Shown here in pieces: positions 42,538 through 54,312 of a DNA stretch of 64,000 nucleotides; within the stretch, counting starts at the first letter, position 1, and each line of letters starts with the position of its first letter. Location: positions 16,034,651 through 16,098,650 of the forward strand of contig CM120647.1 in assembly GCA_051362555.1 (NCBI GenBank), in the 5' to 3' direction. A model generated the notes under the pieces. That model saw only the letters and a list, made by a program, of their open reading frames with translations, ran no database searches and was not told the DNA's origin. The translations under genes and the position numbers were made by a program. This DNA comes from Lingula anatina (lineage: Eukaryota > Animalia > Brachiopoda).

Positions 42538-45500
42538 TTAAGTTTTTCTCAACATTAATTGTAAGAACAATTTTTGAGTCTCTACTAAATCCTGTAATGA
42601 ATCAGACCCTTCTGATTTTTTATTCTCAGTACCCTGAAAATCTAACTGTCCATCAGTCTGAGTAGATATTGTTTTACACTCTACAGATTGCTCCACACAG
42701 ACACTTTTAGGCAATTTATTGATATTTGAATGTTTTCCTGCTGTTCTTCGCGTACTTCTCCTTAATACAGCTACTTCATTACGAAGCTGGTCCAATGACA
42801 TGTTACTAAAATCCATTTCAGCATTTTGGTCACATTCCTGTACATTTGATTCAGGATTTGATTTTCTTAACACATAAACTTCATATTCCTCATTTTCATC
42901 ACTTTCATCAGAATCTGAATCATTTTTGTTCACACGTTGCACATTTTGACATGACTGACCAGTCTCAACTTCACTGCTTTCCTCTTTCTGGACCCTATCT
43001 AAGACTAATTCACGAGCATCCATCAATGCGTCACGGTGAATTGTTCTCTCAGGCCCTGTTCCATTGACACGTTTCACTTTGTACACTCTTCCCTCAGTAT
43101 CCACACAGTCTATAACAATATATGGCTCTGCTTCCCACTTGTCTTGAATTTTATTCCTTCCCATTACATGGAAATTTTTCACAAAAACGTGGCTTCCAAG
43201 CACCAAAGGTCTGCTATTTGCTTTCACTTTGCTTCTTTCATGGCGTTTAGTAGCTTCATTTTCTGTATATTTCAAAGCTGTTCGGTATGCTTCCCGCAGG
43301 CGTTTCTGGTGACCAACAATCCAGTCATTCACTTCTTCCCCTGCTGTCTCCCCTCCTGGAATACTTGATTTTAAAAGAAAATCAATTGGCAATCTTGGCT
43401 CTCTCCCAAACATTAAAAAATAGGGAGAATACTTCGTAGTTGTATGAGGTGTACAGTTATATGAATATACTAATTCTGGTAAATACTCTGGCCAACGTTT
43501 TTTCTGTTCTTGTTGTAGAGTTCTTAATCGGTCGTGTAATGTTCTATTAAAGCGTTCAGCTTGAGAATTTCCCTGAGGATGATACGGTGTTGTTCTGCTT
43601 TTTACAATGCCATAAATTCCACACAATTCCTTTATCAATGCACTTTCAAAATTACGTCCTTGATCACTGTGAATACGATCTGGAGCACCAAATCGAACAA
43701 ACCATTCCTTAACTAAAATCTTAGCTACAGTTTTTGCTTTCTGATCACGTGTGGGGATAACCTGAGTATACTTTGTAAATACATCTGTCATAACTAATAC
43801 ATTTTCAAGACCAGAACTACTTGGTTCTAACATCGTGAAATCTATAGCTAACACTTCTAAGGGACGCTTTGCAATTATTGAACCCAAAGACGTTTTCACA
43901 CTTTTTCCTTTGGCAACTACACAACGCTGACAATTATCACAATAGTCTTTCACTTCTTTTCCCATGCAAGGCCAAAAACAACGAGATTCCAATATTTGTA
44001 AAGTTTTCTCACTCGACTGATGACCCATATTATCATGTACTGCTTTCAAAACAACAGTTTTTAAAAATTCTGGTAACAAAACTTGACATGCAACTACATT
44101 GTTATGCACCTTGGTTCTATATAATATTCCATTCACTTCTTTCAATCTACTCCAGTCTCTGAGAATTCTGTTCACTTTCTTAGTTTCTTTACGCATCTGT
44201 CGGACAGTTGGCTTTCCATGTCTCCAATATTTGAGTACTCTGCCAATCGTGTTGTCGGTTTCCTGGTATTTTTTCATATCTTCACTATCAATTGCAGGAA
44301 AAGTACTAGTGGATAAATGGTTTTCTTGAATCCTTATGTCTTTATCTATACTGGCAGTCTGTGCAATCAGCTTTCGTGGAAGTAAAGTACCATGTCTAAA
44401 AAATGAATTTTCAGCTTGCTCATTCCACTGTACTTCTTCAAACCGAACAGAATGAGGTTCTGCGTCTGTAATATCTTTTCTACTCAATGCATCTGCTACC
44501 ACGTTGGTTTTTCCTGATCTATACTTTATCTGTAATCTAAAATTGGCTAGCTCGGCAACCCATCTTGTCTCTGTTGCTCCAAGTTTTGCGGATGACTGTA
44601 TATATGCAAGTGGATTATTATCTGTATACACAATACAGTTTGCACCAATTAGATAGTCTCTGAATTTCTCTGTAACAGCCCACTTCAAAGCACACAGTTC
44701 TAGCTTCATAGCACCATAACTCCCACTTTTCTCAGCTGGACGTAAGGATCTACTCGCATAACTAATTACAACAATTTTTCCATTTTGTTCTTGAGATAGT
44801 ACAGCTCCAAGACCCATACCGCTAGCATCTATTTCTAGTATATATGGTTTTGTAAAGTCTGGATACCCCAGCAGTGGCGCATGAGTTAATGCATGTTTCA
44901 GTTTCTGAAATGATTCCACACACTGTGAATCCCATTTCCAAGCAGTAGTAGACTTCACAATCTTGCTTGATTTCTGTGATGATTTTGTTCCTCCAGTAAG
45001 TTTATGCAATGGCCCGGCGATTTTAGCAAAGTTTGGAACAAATCGTCTGTAATAGCTGCACACACCAAGGAACTGTGACAGTTGCTTCTCATTTTTTGGA
45101 GTGGTCCAGTTTTTTATTGCGGATATTTTACTAGGATCTGGTTCCACACCTTCTCCTGACACAATATGACCCAAGTAACGTAACTTCTTATGTAACAGTT
45201 GACACTTGCTAGGCTTGACCTTGAGGTTCTCTTCTTGTAACCTTTGTAAAACTATCTCAAGTCTCTCTAATGTTTCTTCTACTGTAGACCCAAACACTAA
45301 AATATCATCAAGATATATCAGTACACTTTTAAAATTTATGTCACCAAACAATTGATCCATCAATCGCATGAAAGTTGCTGGTGCTCCACAAAGACCAAAA
45401 CTCATTCGAGTAAACTCAAAAAGACCACCTGTCCCTGACCTAAATGCTGTTTTTGGAATATCATTTTCATTTATTGGTACCTGGTAATACCCATGAGCTA

Positions 45501-46794
45501 AATCAAGAGAACAGTAATATTTTGAACCACGTAATACATCTAAAGCCTCTTCAATTCTCGGCAGAGGGTATGCATCATGATGTGTTTTTGCATTAAGTTC
45601 CCTATAATCAACACACATTCGAAGTTCACCTGTTTTCTTACGTACCAATACAATTGGAGCAGCATAAGGACTATGCGAGTCTCTGATAATACATCTTTCC
45701 TTCCATTGCTTCAAATACTGTCTCAATTCTTCCCAGTGCTGAGGAGGAACTCTTCTATGTGGAATACGGACTGGTACATCATCTTTGGTTCTTATGTAAT
45801 GTTTCACTTTCCGGCATAAACCAATGTCATCATCATTCTTGCTAAAAACAGTATCATATTTTACAATTAAGTCAATCAACAGTCTTTTACTTTTCTCATC
45901 AAGTGTCATACCAACATCCATTTTCTGTAACAACTGCTCTGCAGTGGCCTTGGCATTTGGAGTTGACACATCACACATCTCAGATTGAACAACTAAATTG
46001 TCACCTACAGCATCAAAGCGATTTATGGGTTGTATCTTAGCTATCTGTGTACGAGGTTTCAAATAAATATCTGCATCACTGGTATTTGCTATTGGGCATG
46101 GTATAATTCCTTCTTGATTAACAGCTACACAGGTTGTGCCAATCATTATACCACGAGGCAAAGTTAGACTTTCCATTTCTTCTATAACAGCATAATAAAA
46201 CTGACCATTACCTGCTTGGCTTACAGTTGCTGGTACCACTTGGACTGAACTTGCTGGTATAAGTATGGGTTGATTCCCTGCAATCTTGACTTTACTTTCT
46301 TGTAAACGGTTTGTGTACGCCACATTTTCTTCATAAAGTGACAGCACTGCTACCCATTCGTCTGAGTGATTCTTCAGAATAGACTTGTAGCCTTCTCCAA
46401 AGTACTGTTTAACATGGCGGAAGACATTAGATCCAATTACCCCAGGCACCTGTATTTTCCGTTTCTCCACAGGAGTATCAGTAGGATCTTTAACTACAAG
46501 GAAACCTACATTGGGAATAACATGATTATTGATCTGTAAATCAGTTTCAATGTATCCAAGGTATGGTATATCAGCACCTTGTGTACTAGAAATGTTAATC
46601 AAACTTGAAACGTCAATCAAATGTACACTGGGTAAGTTTTCTTTGTACCATCTTTCTGTGACTGTTGATACTTGCGCTCCCGTGTCCAATAAACACTGAA
46701 TACTACATCCATTGATGCTAACCACAGTTTCTGGACATTTTCCAACTATCTTTGTTAAAAACCCATTTAAAAATAATGATTTTGTGGACAGTTT
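42538..46794 (-). CDS. pol: Gypsy Pol polyprotein (protease, reverse transcriptase, RNase H, integrase); open frame in -1 phase relative to gag
   Basis: LLDTGAQVS (protease), YLDDILV (RT), EIDASG/YTDNNPL/ADALSR (RNase H), H-x4-H...C-x2-C plus IDF/HSDQG/AER (integrase zinc finger and DDE). The frame stays open from 46794, upstream of the GTG at 46725. Confidence 0.96.
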   Translation of the reverse strand, partial: KLSTKSLFLNGFLTKIVGKCPETVVSINGCSIQCLLDTGAQVSTVTERWYKENLPSVHLIDVSSLINISSTQGADIPYLGYIETDLQINNHVIPNVGFLVVKDPTDTPVEKRKIQVPGVIGSNVFRHVKQYFGEGYKSILKNHSDEWVAVLSLYEENVAYTNRLQESKVKIAGNQPILIPASSVQVVPATVSQAGNGQFYYAVIEEMESLTLPRGIMIGTTCVAVNQEGIIPCPIANTSDADIYLKPRTQIAKIQPINRFDAVGDNLVVQSEMCDVSTPNAKATAEQLLQKMDVGMTLDEKSKRLLIDLIVKYDTVFSKNDDDIGLCRKVKHYIRTKDDVPVRIPHRRVPPQHWEELRQYLKQWKERCIIRDSHSPYAAPIVLVRKKTGELRMCVDYRELNAKTHHDAYPLPRIEEALDVLRGSKYYCSLDLAHGYYQVPINENDIPKTAFRSGTGGLFEFTRMSFGLCGAPATFMRLMDQLFGDINFKSVLIYLDDILVFGSTVEETLERLEIVLQRLQEENLKVKPSKCQLLHKKLRYLGHIVSGEGVEPDPSKISAIKNWTTPKNEKQLSQFLGVCSYYRRFVPNFAKIAGPLHKLTGGTKSSQKSSKIVKSTTAWKWDSQCVESFQKLKHALTHAPLLGYPDFTKPYILEIDASGMGLGAVLSQEQNGKIVVISYASRSLRPAEKSGSYGAMKLELCALKWAVTEKFRDYLIGANCIVYTDNNPLAYIQSSAKLGATETRWVAELANFRLQIKYRSGKTNVVADALSRKDITDAEPHSVRFEEVQWNEQAENSFFRHGTLLPRKLIAQTASIDKDIRIQENHLSTSTFPAIDSEDMKKYQETDNTIGRVLKYWRHGKPTVRQMRKETKKVNRILRDWSRLKEVNGILYRTKVHNNVVACQVLLPEFLKTVVLKAVHDNMGHQSSEKTLQILESRCFWPCMGKEVKDYCDNCQRCVVAKGKSVKTSLGSIIAKRPLEVLAIDFTMLEPSSSGLENVLVMTDVFTKYTQVIPTRDQKAKTVAKILVKEWFVRFGAPDRIHSDQGRNFESALIKELCGIYGIVKSRTTPYHPQGNSQAERFNRTLHDRLRTLQQEQKKRWPEYLPELVYSYNCTPHTTTKYSPYFLMFGREPRLPIDFLLKSSIPGGETAGEEVNDWIVGHQKRLREAYRTALKYTENEATKRHERSKVKANSRPLVLGSHVFVKNFHVMGRNKIQDKWEAEPYIVIDCVDTEGRVYKVKRVNGTGPERTIHRDALMDARELVLDRVQKEESSEVETGQSCQNVQRVNKNDSDSDESDENEEYEVYVLRKSNPESNVQECDQNAEMDFSNMSLDQLRNEVAVLRRSTRRTAGKHSNINKLPKSVCVEQSVECKTISTQTDGQLDFQGTENKKSEGSDSLQDLVETQKLFLQLMLRKT

Positions 46795-47711
46795 CTAAGT
46801 AAATGTTCTTCTGAACCACACTTAAAACATTTCCTCACCTCAGATTGTCTACCATATCGGTTGCTATGTCGACCTCTACCTCTACTTTGACCTCTACCTC
46901 TTACTTCTCTTATCATGTCACGCTGACCTCGAAATTGTCCTCTCATTAACTCATTTATTTGTTGCTGTTGCTGCAAAATTTGTTTAGATTGCTGAGCTAT
47001 TTGTTTACTTTGTTCTTGGACTAATTTTAAAATTTCATCATTTTGTACAGCAGACTCTTGGAGAGTACCTGTTTCTTTCTGATTCTGATCACTCCTACCG
47101 ATCCAGTCAATAGCTCTATCTCTAAGGTCAAAAAATGACAATCTTGGTTGTTCTAAATTTAGTCTTCTCAACTCTCTTTTCAAACTGTTATCTCTAACAC
47201 ATTCCGCTAATCTACCTTTCAGTGTATTATCTCTGTCAACCAAGAATTCTTCCCTGATAACACAAATTTCATCAAAAAGTTCAACCAATTTTAGTGAACA
47301 TGAGAGCAGATCTTCTTTACTACCTTGTTTGTACTCATAAAAACGTTGCTGAAGAACAGGCAGTATGTCACCATCCCCGAAAACTTTTATTAAAATTTCA
47401 AATATTTTCTCTGGGTTTGTGCTAATTTCTATCCCTCTACCAATGATTTCTTTTCTAGCTTTACCAGCTAAATTACTAACAATGAAAGCGGCAGCTTCTT
47501 CCCTATCTTTAAATTTTCTGGTATTGAGGTGAGCTTTTATATCTTGCACCCATTCCTTAATTTCTACATCATCAGGAGATGAAGGCTTATCTTTAAAACG
47601 TGCTATTCTTCTTGAAGAGGAGATATACTGGTAACATGATTGATCAGTAAAACCTTCAGATCTTAACTCTTCTTTAATTTCTGACTTTAGTTTTTCTTTA
47701 CTCTCTGCCAT
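46767..47711 (-). CDS. gag: Gypsy Gag, 314 aa
   Basis: Uninterrupted ORF with capsid-like region, coiled coil, RG-rich stretch and CCHC zinc knuckle CFKCGSEEHLLRNC. Confidence 0.93.
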   Translation of the reverse strand: MAESKEKLKSEIKEELRSEGFTDQSCYQYISSSRRIARFKDKPSSPDDVEIKEWVQDIKAHLNTRKFKDREEAAAFIVSNLAGKARKEIIGRGIEISTNPEKIFEILIKVFGDGDILPVLQQRFYEYKQGSKEDLLSCSLKLVELFDEICVIREEFLVDRDNTLKGRLAECVRDNSLKRELRRLNLEQPRLSFFDLRDRAIDWIGRSDQNQKETGTLQESAVQNDEILKLVQEQSKQIAQQSKQILQQQQQINELMRGQFRGQRDMIREVRGRGQSRGRGRHSNRYGRQSEVRKCFKCGSEEHLLRNCPQNHYF

Positions 47712-47899
47712 TTTTATTCAACCCAACTAACAACATGCAATATTCTAACTCAGTTGACTGATGTAATGTTAAACTAAACTAAACAAAACTAAACTAAACT
47801 ATAACATATAATACTACTACAACTGATAAACAATAAGAATATATACAATATTTACAATATATTTATTCACTGTAATGCACTGCAAAATGTATGGTATGA

Positions 47900-48330
47900 G
47901 ACTACTCTGGCTCCACAGATCATTGGTCTTGCGCCGACACCATGAAGATTTACTGAGGAAGTCACTGGCCCTGGTCCTGCGTTGACACGACGAATTTCAC
48001 TGATCCTGTACTATGTCCACACACGCAGATCACTAGCCCTGATTCACTGGCTCAAGGAAATCATGCACTGGTCCTGCGCCGACACCATGGAGTTCACTTG
48101 CCCTGTACTGAATTCACATAGATCACTGGCTCTGATTCACTGGCTCAAGGACATCACTAACCCAGAAATGGATTCACACATGACACTGGCTCTGGTTCAC
48201 TGGCCCAAGGAAATCATTAGCCCAGAACAGTATTCACACAGGTCACTGGCTCTGGTTCCCTGACTCAATTACATCACTAGCCCTGAACAGGATTCACGCA
48301 GGTCACTGGCTCTGGTTCACTGGCTCAAGG
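47900..48330. repeat. 60-bp tandem repeat in the Gypsy 5' leader
   Basis: CACTGGCTCTG recurs at 48124, 48184, 48244 and 48304; more degenerate units extend left. Confidence 0.85.
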
Positions 48331-48389
48331 AAGGGCGGGGTGGGCTAACTACTTGTATGCCTTATATATGCCATGTGCCACACTATCTT

Positions 48390-48407
48390 ATCCTGCTCGC
48401 AGCGCCA
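48390..48407 (-). other. Primer-binding site, probably tRNA-Ser
   Basis: Minus strand TGGCGCTGCGAGCAGGAT lies 2 nt from the 5' LTR; complementary to a eukaryotic tRNA-Ser-type 3' end (...ATCCTGCTCGCAGCG-CCA). Confidence 0.85.
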
Positions 48408-48409
48408 AA

Positions 48410-48704
48410 TGTAACCGAGTGTTTCTTGTATTTTATAGCATGGCAACAAAGTTGATTGGTTTTCCAAAAATTAACGTTTATTCAATTCAATTATGGCATA
48501 TAGAGTCATATGTAATAAAATGACATACAAAATGGCATATATAAGGCCCCCCTGATAACACTGAAAAAGCCTAGAGCACACAACACACGTGTCTCTTCGT
48601 CTCTCCACACACACAGTGAATGAATACTAAGGTCAAATTCACCGCGTCACTTCTGGAGTTACCGGAAGTTACGTATTTTCATGAATGTCTTATCACTTGT
48701 CACA
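48410..48704 (-). repeat. 5' LTR of Gypsy element
   Basis: Direct repeat of 38389-38683; adjacent to the PBS. Confidence 0.97.
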
Positions 48705-49519
48705 CCAGTATGCAGATTGCGTGAATCAAAATTTTTGCTGAAAATCGCTTTGATTATTTGCTTGTCATATTGTCAATATGAACAAACAATTTGTGACATT
48801 CCCTCTATTTAGTATATGTTACTTTTTCATTTTTACATAAAGGATTCTTTTCTAGATTTATTTACCAGTAGGGACTATTCTGAGATATCGATAAATAAAT
48901 AAATAAATAAATGGTGTCATGAAACGATAAAGTACTATTTTTGCTTTTTTTTGGGGGATTTATCAAAAGAGTATTTCATCACTGTAAAACAGTTCAAAAT
49001 ATACAATTATATTCCCTTAACCTACTAGTATTTCTCTTCGTACTACATATAGCACAATACATAATTTTATCAGTTTCCTTTTTTCTACAAAACGGACAAA
49101 TGGATTTTACTTGATTCTGCCTGATTTTAGAAATATTCTCCTAATGGTGCATGCAGACCCATATGATACACTGAGTGATAATTATAATCAGTGGAACCTC
49201 AAATGTGAATTTGATTTTTTTTACTATGGTTAACTAATTCATTAGTGGTACAATCATTAAATTTTTTTGAAAAAATACTGTTAGTAAATGAATAAAAAGT
49301 TGGTTTATGACAATTTTCTGTATCATTTCACACATTGCATTAGGGGTGACAATATTATTGTAGTGGATTACAGAGTACAATGTATATTACAAAAAGATAT
49401 ACCAGTAGGCCTATATATATATATTATTTTATTATGGGAATTTATCTGCACCCGATCTGTCTGCGTCAGGATGAGACAATTTAAAGATGTTTCGATTGTC
49501 TGCTCTCAATAATACCCGT

Positions 49520-49932
49520 TCAATTTTGGCACTTTAATGGCCCAATTGTAATGTAGGCCTTTTCGGCTCCATCGCCACTGTCACCCAGCCTAAAGCCAGT
49601 AACCGGAAGTGCTTCCTTTTCTGTGACGTCACCGCTATCCTCCCGCCAAGCATTGTCGTTCACGTTGCAGTTACACTTTTTGCCTGAAATATATATGTCA
49701 ATATTTTATTTTTTACTGATTGAAAAGAAACATGTTTGTGATTAATTATAAAGACATTAATATCTTAACATATTAATGCAAGTTGGAGCATCATGGAACA
49801 TTTTTTAACAAATTACGTCAAAAACAAGGTGCAACGGTGCAAGTAACAAAGGATTATCAATTAAGTATATTTATCGTGTTTTGACTGCATTTTTTCTATC
49901 TAGCTAAAGAACTAACAAAGCAAGTTATTTTA

Positions 49933-49985
<53 letters not shown>

Positions 49986-52900
49986 AGCTACATGTAGGTA
50001 CAGTTAAAGAGGTATCGTATGTGCTCTATATTTCACAAAAAATACATTGTAAACATAATATTCTACCGCAAATGACGACAGTTATAGCAATTATTTTGAA
50101 ATCTGTGCTTGTCATCGGACCACATGACCTCTATAGATGGCTATACTCTGCAATAATCTCTTAAGAGATTATCACAAAAGAAAAGATAACAAAACAGGGA
50201 CTAACTTTAAATGTAGAAATCCAGCTTGTCAAAATTTTAATTTCAAAAGATAGGGAACCATTGGTGTGATTTCTTTCGGAACTTGAAGGTGAGTAGAAAC
50301 CAGGGATAAACCCAAAGGAAATTCAATTTAACAGGAAGAGCACCTTAACTAAATTGTCCAATTGGCTTATATTAAAATATACAATCTTTTCTCACCCCCG
50401 TTGCAACTCTTGGTTTTATAACATTCGCAGCCACCGACTTGCGCATTTCCACCTGGCCAATAAGATTTGACTTCCTGTCCGTCTGCAAACCACCAACTGT
50501 ATACTGTATTGCTGTCTTCATTACGAATTAGTGCTCCATGACATTCATATTTTATATGCTGGCTACAGGGACCCGACATCTTCATCAATGCCCTCATCTG
50601 CGGCCTCGAAATAGCGTACGATATTTTTACTGTGAAAAAAAATGATAATATTTAAGGACGGAAGACAGGTTAAATATATCTTAATCTTGATATTTTCCGA
50701 CAAAAATCCATGTTAGTAAAAGTAAATACGTCTCAGGTTATGAAGTGTAGCCTGGATTAAATTTCCGTAGGGTTCTCAGTATATCCCTTTTCGTGCAGCT
50801 TCTGTACGGAGACACGATTTTCGTGAGAACTCTTACAAACGAGTTCAGATTAACGGCCTCTGTAGCCTCTCATATTTTGTAATGCTGAAAAATTGACACA
50901 TTAAGCATAATTGTAGAGGATGTTGCACACTTCTTGCAAGGGGATTGTTCGGTGGACTTGCCGTGATCGTGATAATGGTTGAATCTCTTTCCCTTTCACC
51001 TTTGGTGGGCTTAGGAAGCACAACGACAGGAAAGTTGTTTACAATTTAGTGTAGTTCACTTGCATGAATTTTGAATTACAATGTATGCTTTTCCTTATTC
51101 TCACCAAATAAATGAAAAAAAATGGTATGGGGTTGTACAGACATTATATCGATCTCCTATGAAACCGTGCGGAAACTGGGCGGCAACTGCGCTGAGACTG
51201 AAATGGCTCCGTATAAAAAAAATCCCGCTGTGACCTCAACGTCATGTCGGAAAAATGGCACGCACCTGTACATAATGTAAACGTTATTGCCAAAGCCCGT
51301 AGATTCTATCGATGTCAAATAATAATAATAATAAAAATAAAATAAAATAAAAATAAATAAATCAATGAATTCGCACGGATTTCCAGCGCACGCGTGCGGC
51401 GCCTGTGGCAATTGTTATTCAGGCTTCATAAGGACTCGTTATTACTTAGCGAATTTATTGTGAGGCAGAGGTAAGTGTGGTCATAAAAGATAACCGTGCT
51501 TAATGCTAAGTAGTAAAAATAAGTAATCAAAATTAAGTAAATTAAACGAATTAAGAAATAAAATATATAACAAACTTACAGTGATATTTGCCCGGCTCTT
51601 CAAACCCATTGATTAGCGTTCTGTCCTCTTGGTCGTGATGAAACACGGCAATAGGTGGCGACACCGTCATGTCACACCATACTTGGAATTCTGGGACACC
51701 GCGGAGGCCGTCTGGGTCAACTATGTAATGGCGACTGGTGAGAAAACCGTCAGCCAGCCAGTCTGAGCAAGAACGGCGAGCTGAAAGAAGATTGTTGATT
51801 ATTAAAAAATAAATAAAAAATAAAATACTTGAGTAAGATAGAATTTGTCTTTTAACGATGAACATAGAACAAAGAAAGAAAGAAATGTGAGTACGAAAAG
51901 AATTAAATCATGTATCCGATCTTTTCCGAAACGTTCCTACGAATTTTAACCTGATGAACCAATTAGGCCACTCTTTTTATATTTTTATGGATGACATCCT
52001 CTGGGGACCCCGAAATCGGTGCGAGAGGGCGAAAAAATAAAACCACTCATAAATACTGCTTAAGTAAAGGAATGCTGTCAGTGCACAGCTGGAAACACAA
52101 ATTTACCACAGAAACATGTATCAAACTAACAATATGTCTTTATCCATGCTCTCAAAATATTAAAGCATTGTGAATACTTCGTAGAAAGGTAAAAAAAAAG
52201 TCATGAATAGATATGCTGCATATTATCAAATCTATTTGGCCCGTAGCCAGCAATTTCAGAGGGGGAGGGTTCGTTTTCTGAAAAAGTCAATCTTTTACCA
52301 TAAAATCCCCAAGTACATAAATCAAATTTTACCCAGAGTGGACCTTTTCCCAGGTCGAACCCCCCGAACTCCCCTTGGCTACGGGCCTGAGATTATTTCA
52401 TGCATTTTGTTGGTATAGCAATCAATAAAACAAATATCAAACAAACAGTGTGTCTTTATTTGTACTCTCAGAATATTTAAGCATTATGAACACTTCACAG
52501 AAATGATAAAAAAATGATGCAAAGATGTGCTTAATACTAGCAAATCTATAAAAGGTAATTTACGTCGTTGCCATTTGGTCTACTTCGATTCACACGAAGC
52601 AGCCAAACTGTCGGATGGCCTGACCGACCTTCAGCCCCCCAAATACCTTGACACCCTTGTCGACCCTTTTTTCGCTACATAAAAACCTGGTATATGTTGA
52701 TTTGGACACAATGTCAATGAAATTTTCCGGGCGATAATCGCTGGCCGCCGCCAGCCTTTCGCATAATTGTAAAAAGTTGATATCTCCATGCACAATATCA
52801 ATGGCATAACAATCCAAAACGACGGCCCCATTCTCTTCATGACTTTATATAATTAATTGGCATGTAATTTGAAAGTAATACTAGAGATTAATTTGACGGC

Positions 52901-53324
52901 AAAGCGACCATATTTCCATGTGGCGATAATACGCATGTGCATAAAGCTCATTTTCCGGCAAATTCAATAACGACGTTTGCGACAACCGACTTTGTTGGGG
53001 GGGGGGGGGGGGGGGGAGTTCCGGAGAAGGGACGAAAATCGGTGCGCGCGCAGGATGTCATCCATAAAAATAAAAAACTGTGGCCTTATATACACTAAGG
53101 CGTTGTGATATATAAGCTATTTATATGTGTATGTACAATTATGCTCTAAGGAACCTACATTGCATTAAATTCCCTCCAAGAAGTTGTCGCAGTTGAAACT
53201 CTAAGACAGCAACTCGTTTCTCGAGGTTTGTGCTGCCTTCTGGAACATCGTCCTCACAATCGGCAGAGCTCCCATGCAGCGCAAGGAGTGATGCGGCAAA
53301 CAGGATGGCTAATGCACCAGCCAT
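49520..53324 (-). CDS. Secreted protein with stand-alone Caspr/Neurexin-IV-type fibrinogen-like domain, paralogue A, 254 aa
   Basis: Coding exons 53324-53159, 51780-51580, 50629-50396, 49683-49520 (all phase-1 GT-AG introns; 765 nt). Signal peptide MAGALAILFAASLLALHGSSA, heptad segment LEKRVAVLEFQLRQLL, then RSCSDW...YIVDPDG...FQVWCDM...CSQHIKYEC...YWPGG...CNCNVND...LPVTGFRLGD...IGPLKC. Non-coding exon 1 ends at 53518. Confidence 0.9.
51966..53085. mobile_element. Same TTA-TSD TIR family, copy 2 (inverted), in an intron of paralogue A
   Basis: Reverse-complement match to 28337-29310; TTA TSD; paralogues B and C lack it; contains a nested MITE at about 52238-52389. Confidence 0.9.
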
Positions 53325-53655
53325 GGCTTCAGTGAAAAAAAAAAATAGAAAAAAAAAACGGAAGAGGGATTCAATCTGAAACCTGAAACTCAATCTAAAA
53401 CGCACGCTATCATCACATTCCCACGACTTTCACTGAACACCTTTACCTTTTTACTTAGAAATTTAACAAAAACAAAACAAACATCTTTTAAACTTTAACG
53501 GAAATATCGTTACTCACCTCCAAAGCAATCAATATACGTTAAGCAAAAACAGCGTTGCGTCTCAGCAATGTTGCTTAAATGGGGAAGAAGCTGAAGGCGA
53601 ACCGCTCCCACGAAAATTTCTGTTGAACTGTCGCTGATCCAACTAAAGCACATCA

Positions 53656-53754
53656 TATATACGCTGCCCTATGACGAAATCATATAGTGAACACGGTATT
53701 GTAACAGGATACTACACAAATCTGGTCCATAAGCTGTTTGTTTGAGTGAGATAA
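53656..53754 (-). promoter_or_regulatory. Putative proximal promoter of paralogue A (TATA, FOX-like and GATA sites)
   Basis: TATATA at 53656-53661, upstream of non-coding exon 1; TGTTTGAGTGAGATAA is conserved in all three paralogues (53739-53754, 58330-58345, 62831-62846). Confidence 0.55.
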
Positions 53755-54275
53755 CACCCTTCCTTTTACCATTGGCTTCGCATGGCACACATGTACAGTG
53801 CTGCGTGACAGATATATAATATGTAACAGACTACAAATCCAGAGCTTTAACATCCTTTTCAAGCACATACGGAGTGATAAGCTCAGTATCAGTACAGTAC
53901 AGGCAGTTGTTGACTTGTGAAAAATGTCAACGTGTCCTTTACGTTTAACCACATAGGAAAAGCGCATATTTTTTTTTCCTTTTTTAATGGACAATGTTTT
54001 ACTGAATTGAATTGGTTTTGATTTCCACCGTTTTGTGAGTCATTTGATGCATACCGGGTACTATAAACAGTATGAATTCAAGACTAGGGTACATGTAGTA
54101 CTGGTACTAAAAGGTATTCTGTTATAAAAGGTACATAAATTGGAAATATACAGTATACTTTAGTAGCATTTTATTACGAACATTTATTTGATCTCTGCAG
54201 GACGTAGGATAAGGCTTTATTCACAGCAAAAATATTTTATTTATTTATTTATTTTTTGCACACAAAAATTCTGTA

Positions 54276-54312
54276 TCAATTTTGGCACTTCAAAGGTCCA
54301 ATAATTATGTAG
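54276..54312 (-). pseudogene. Orphan fragment of the last coding exon of the fibrinogen-like family (duplication breakpoint)
   Basis: TCAATTTTGGCACTTCAAAGGTCCAATAATTATGTAGG reads YIIIGPLKCQN* on the minus strand; neighbouring 54000-54275 matches 60270-60537 downstream of paralogue C. Confidence 0.8.

Larger units (their letters stand above)
38389..48704 (-). mobile_element. Full-length Ty3/Gypsy LTR retrotransposon, recent insertion
   Basis: Two 295-bp TG...CA LTRs that look identical by eye; 4-bp TSD CCAG at 38385-38388 and 48705-48708; PBS and PPT in the expected positions; gag ORF and PR-RT-RH-IN pol ORF. Confidence 0.97.

Noticed and set aside
42846-45819. Plus-strand ORFs inside pol
   Set aside because: Short antisense shadows of the pol ORF.
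47982-48263. 93-aa repetitive antisense ORF in the Gypsy leader
   Set aside because: Explained by the 60-bp (multiple of 3) tandem repeat; starts at TTG; no recognisable domain.
51156-51432. Possible MITE with weak CCTATGAAACC / GGCTTCATAAGG ends in an intron of paralogue A
   Set aside because: The TIR is short and imperfect, with no clear TSD and no second copy in the window; left unannotated.
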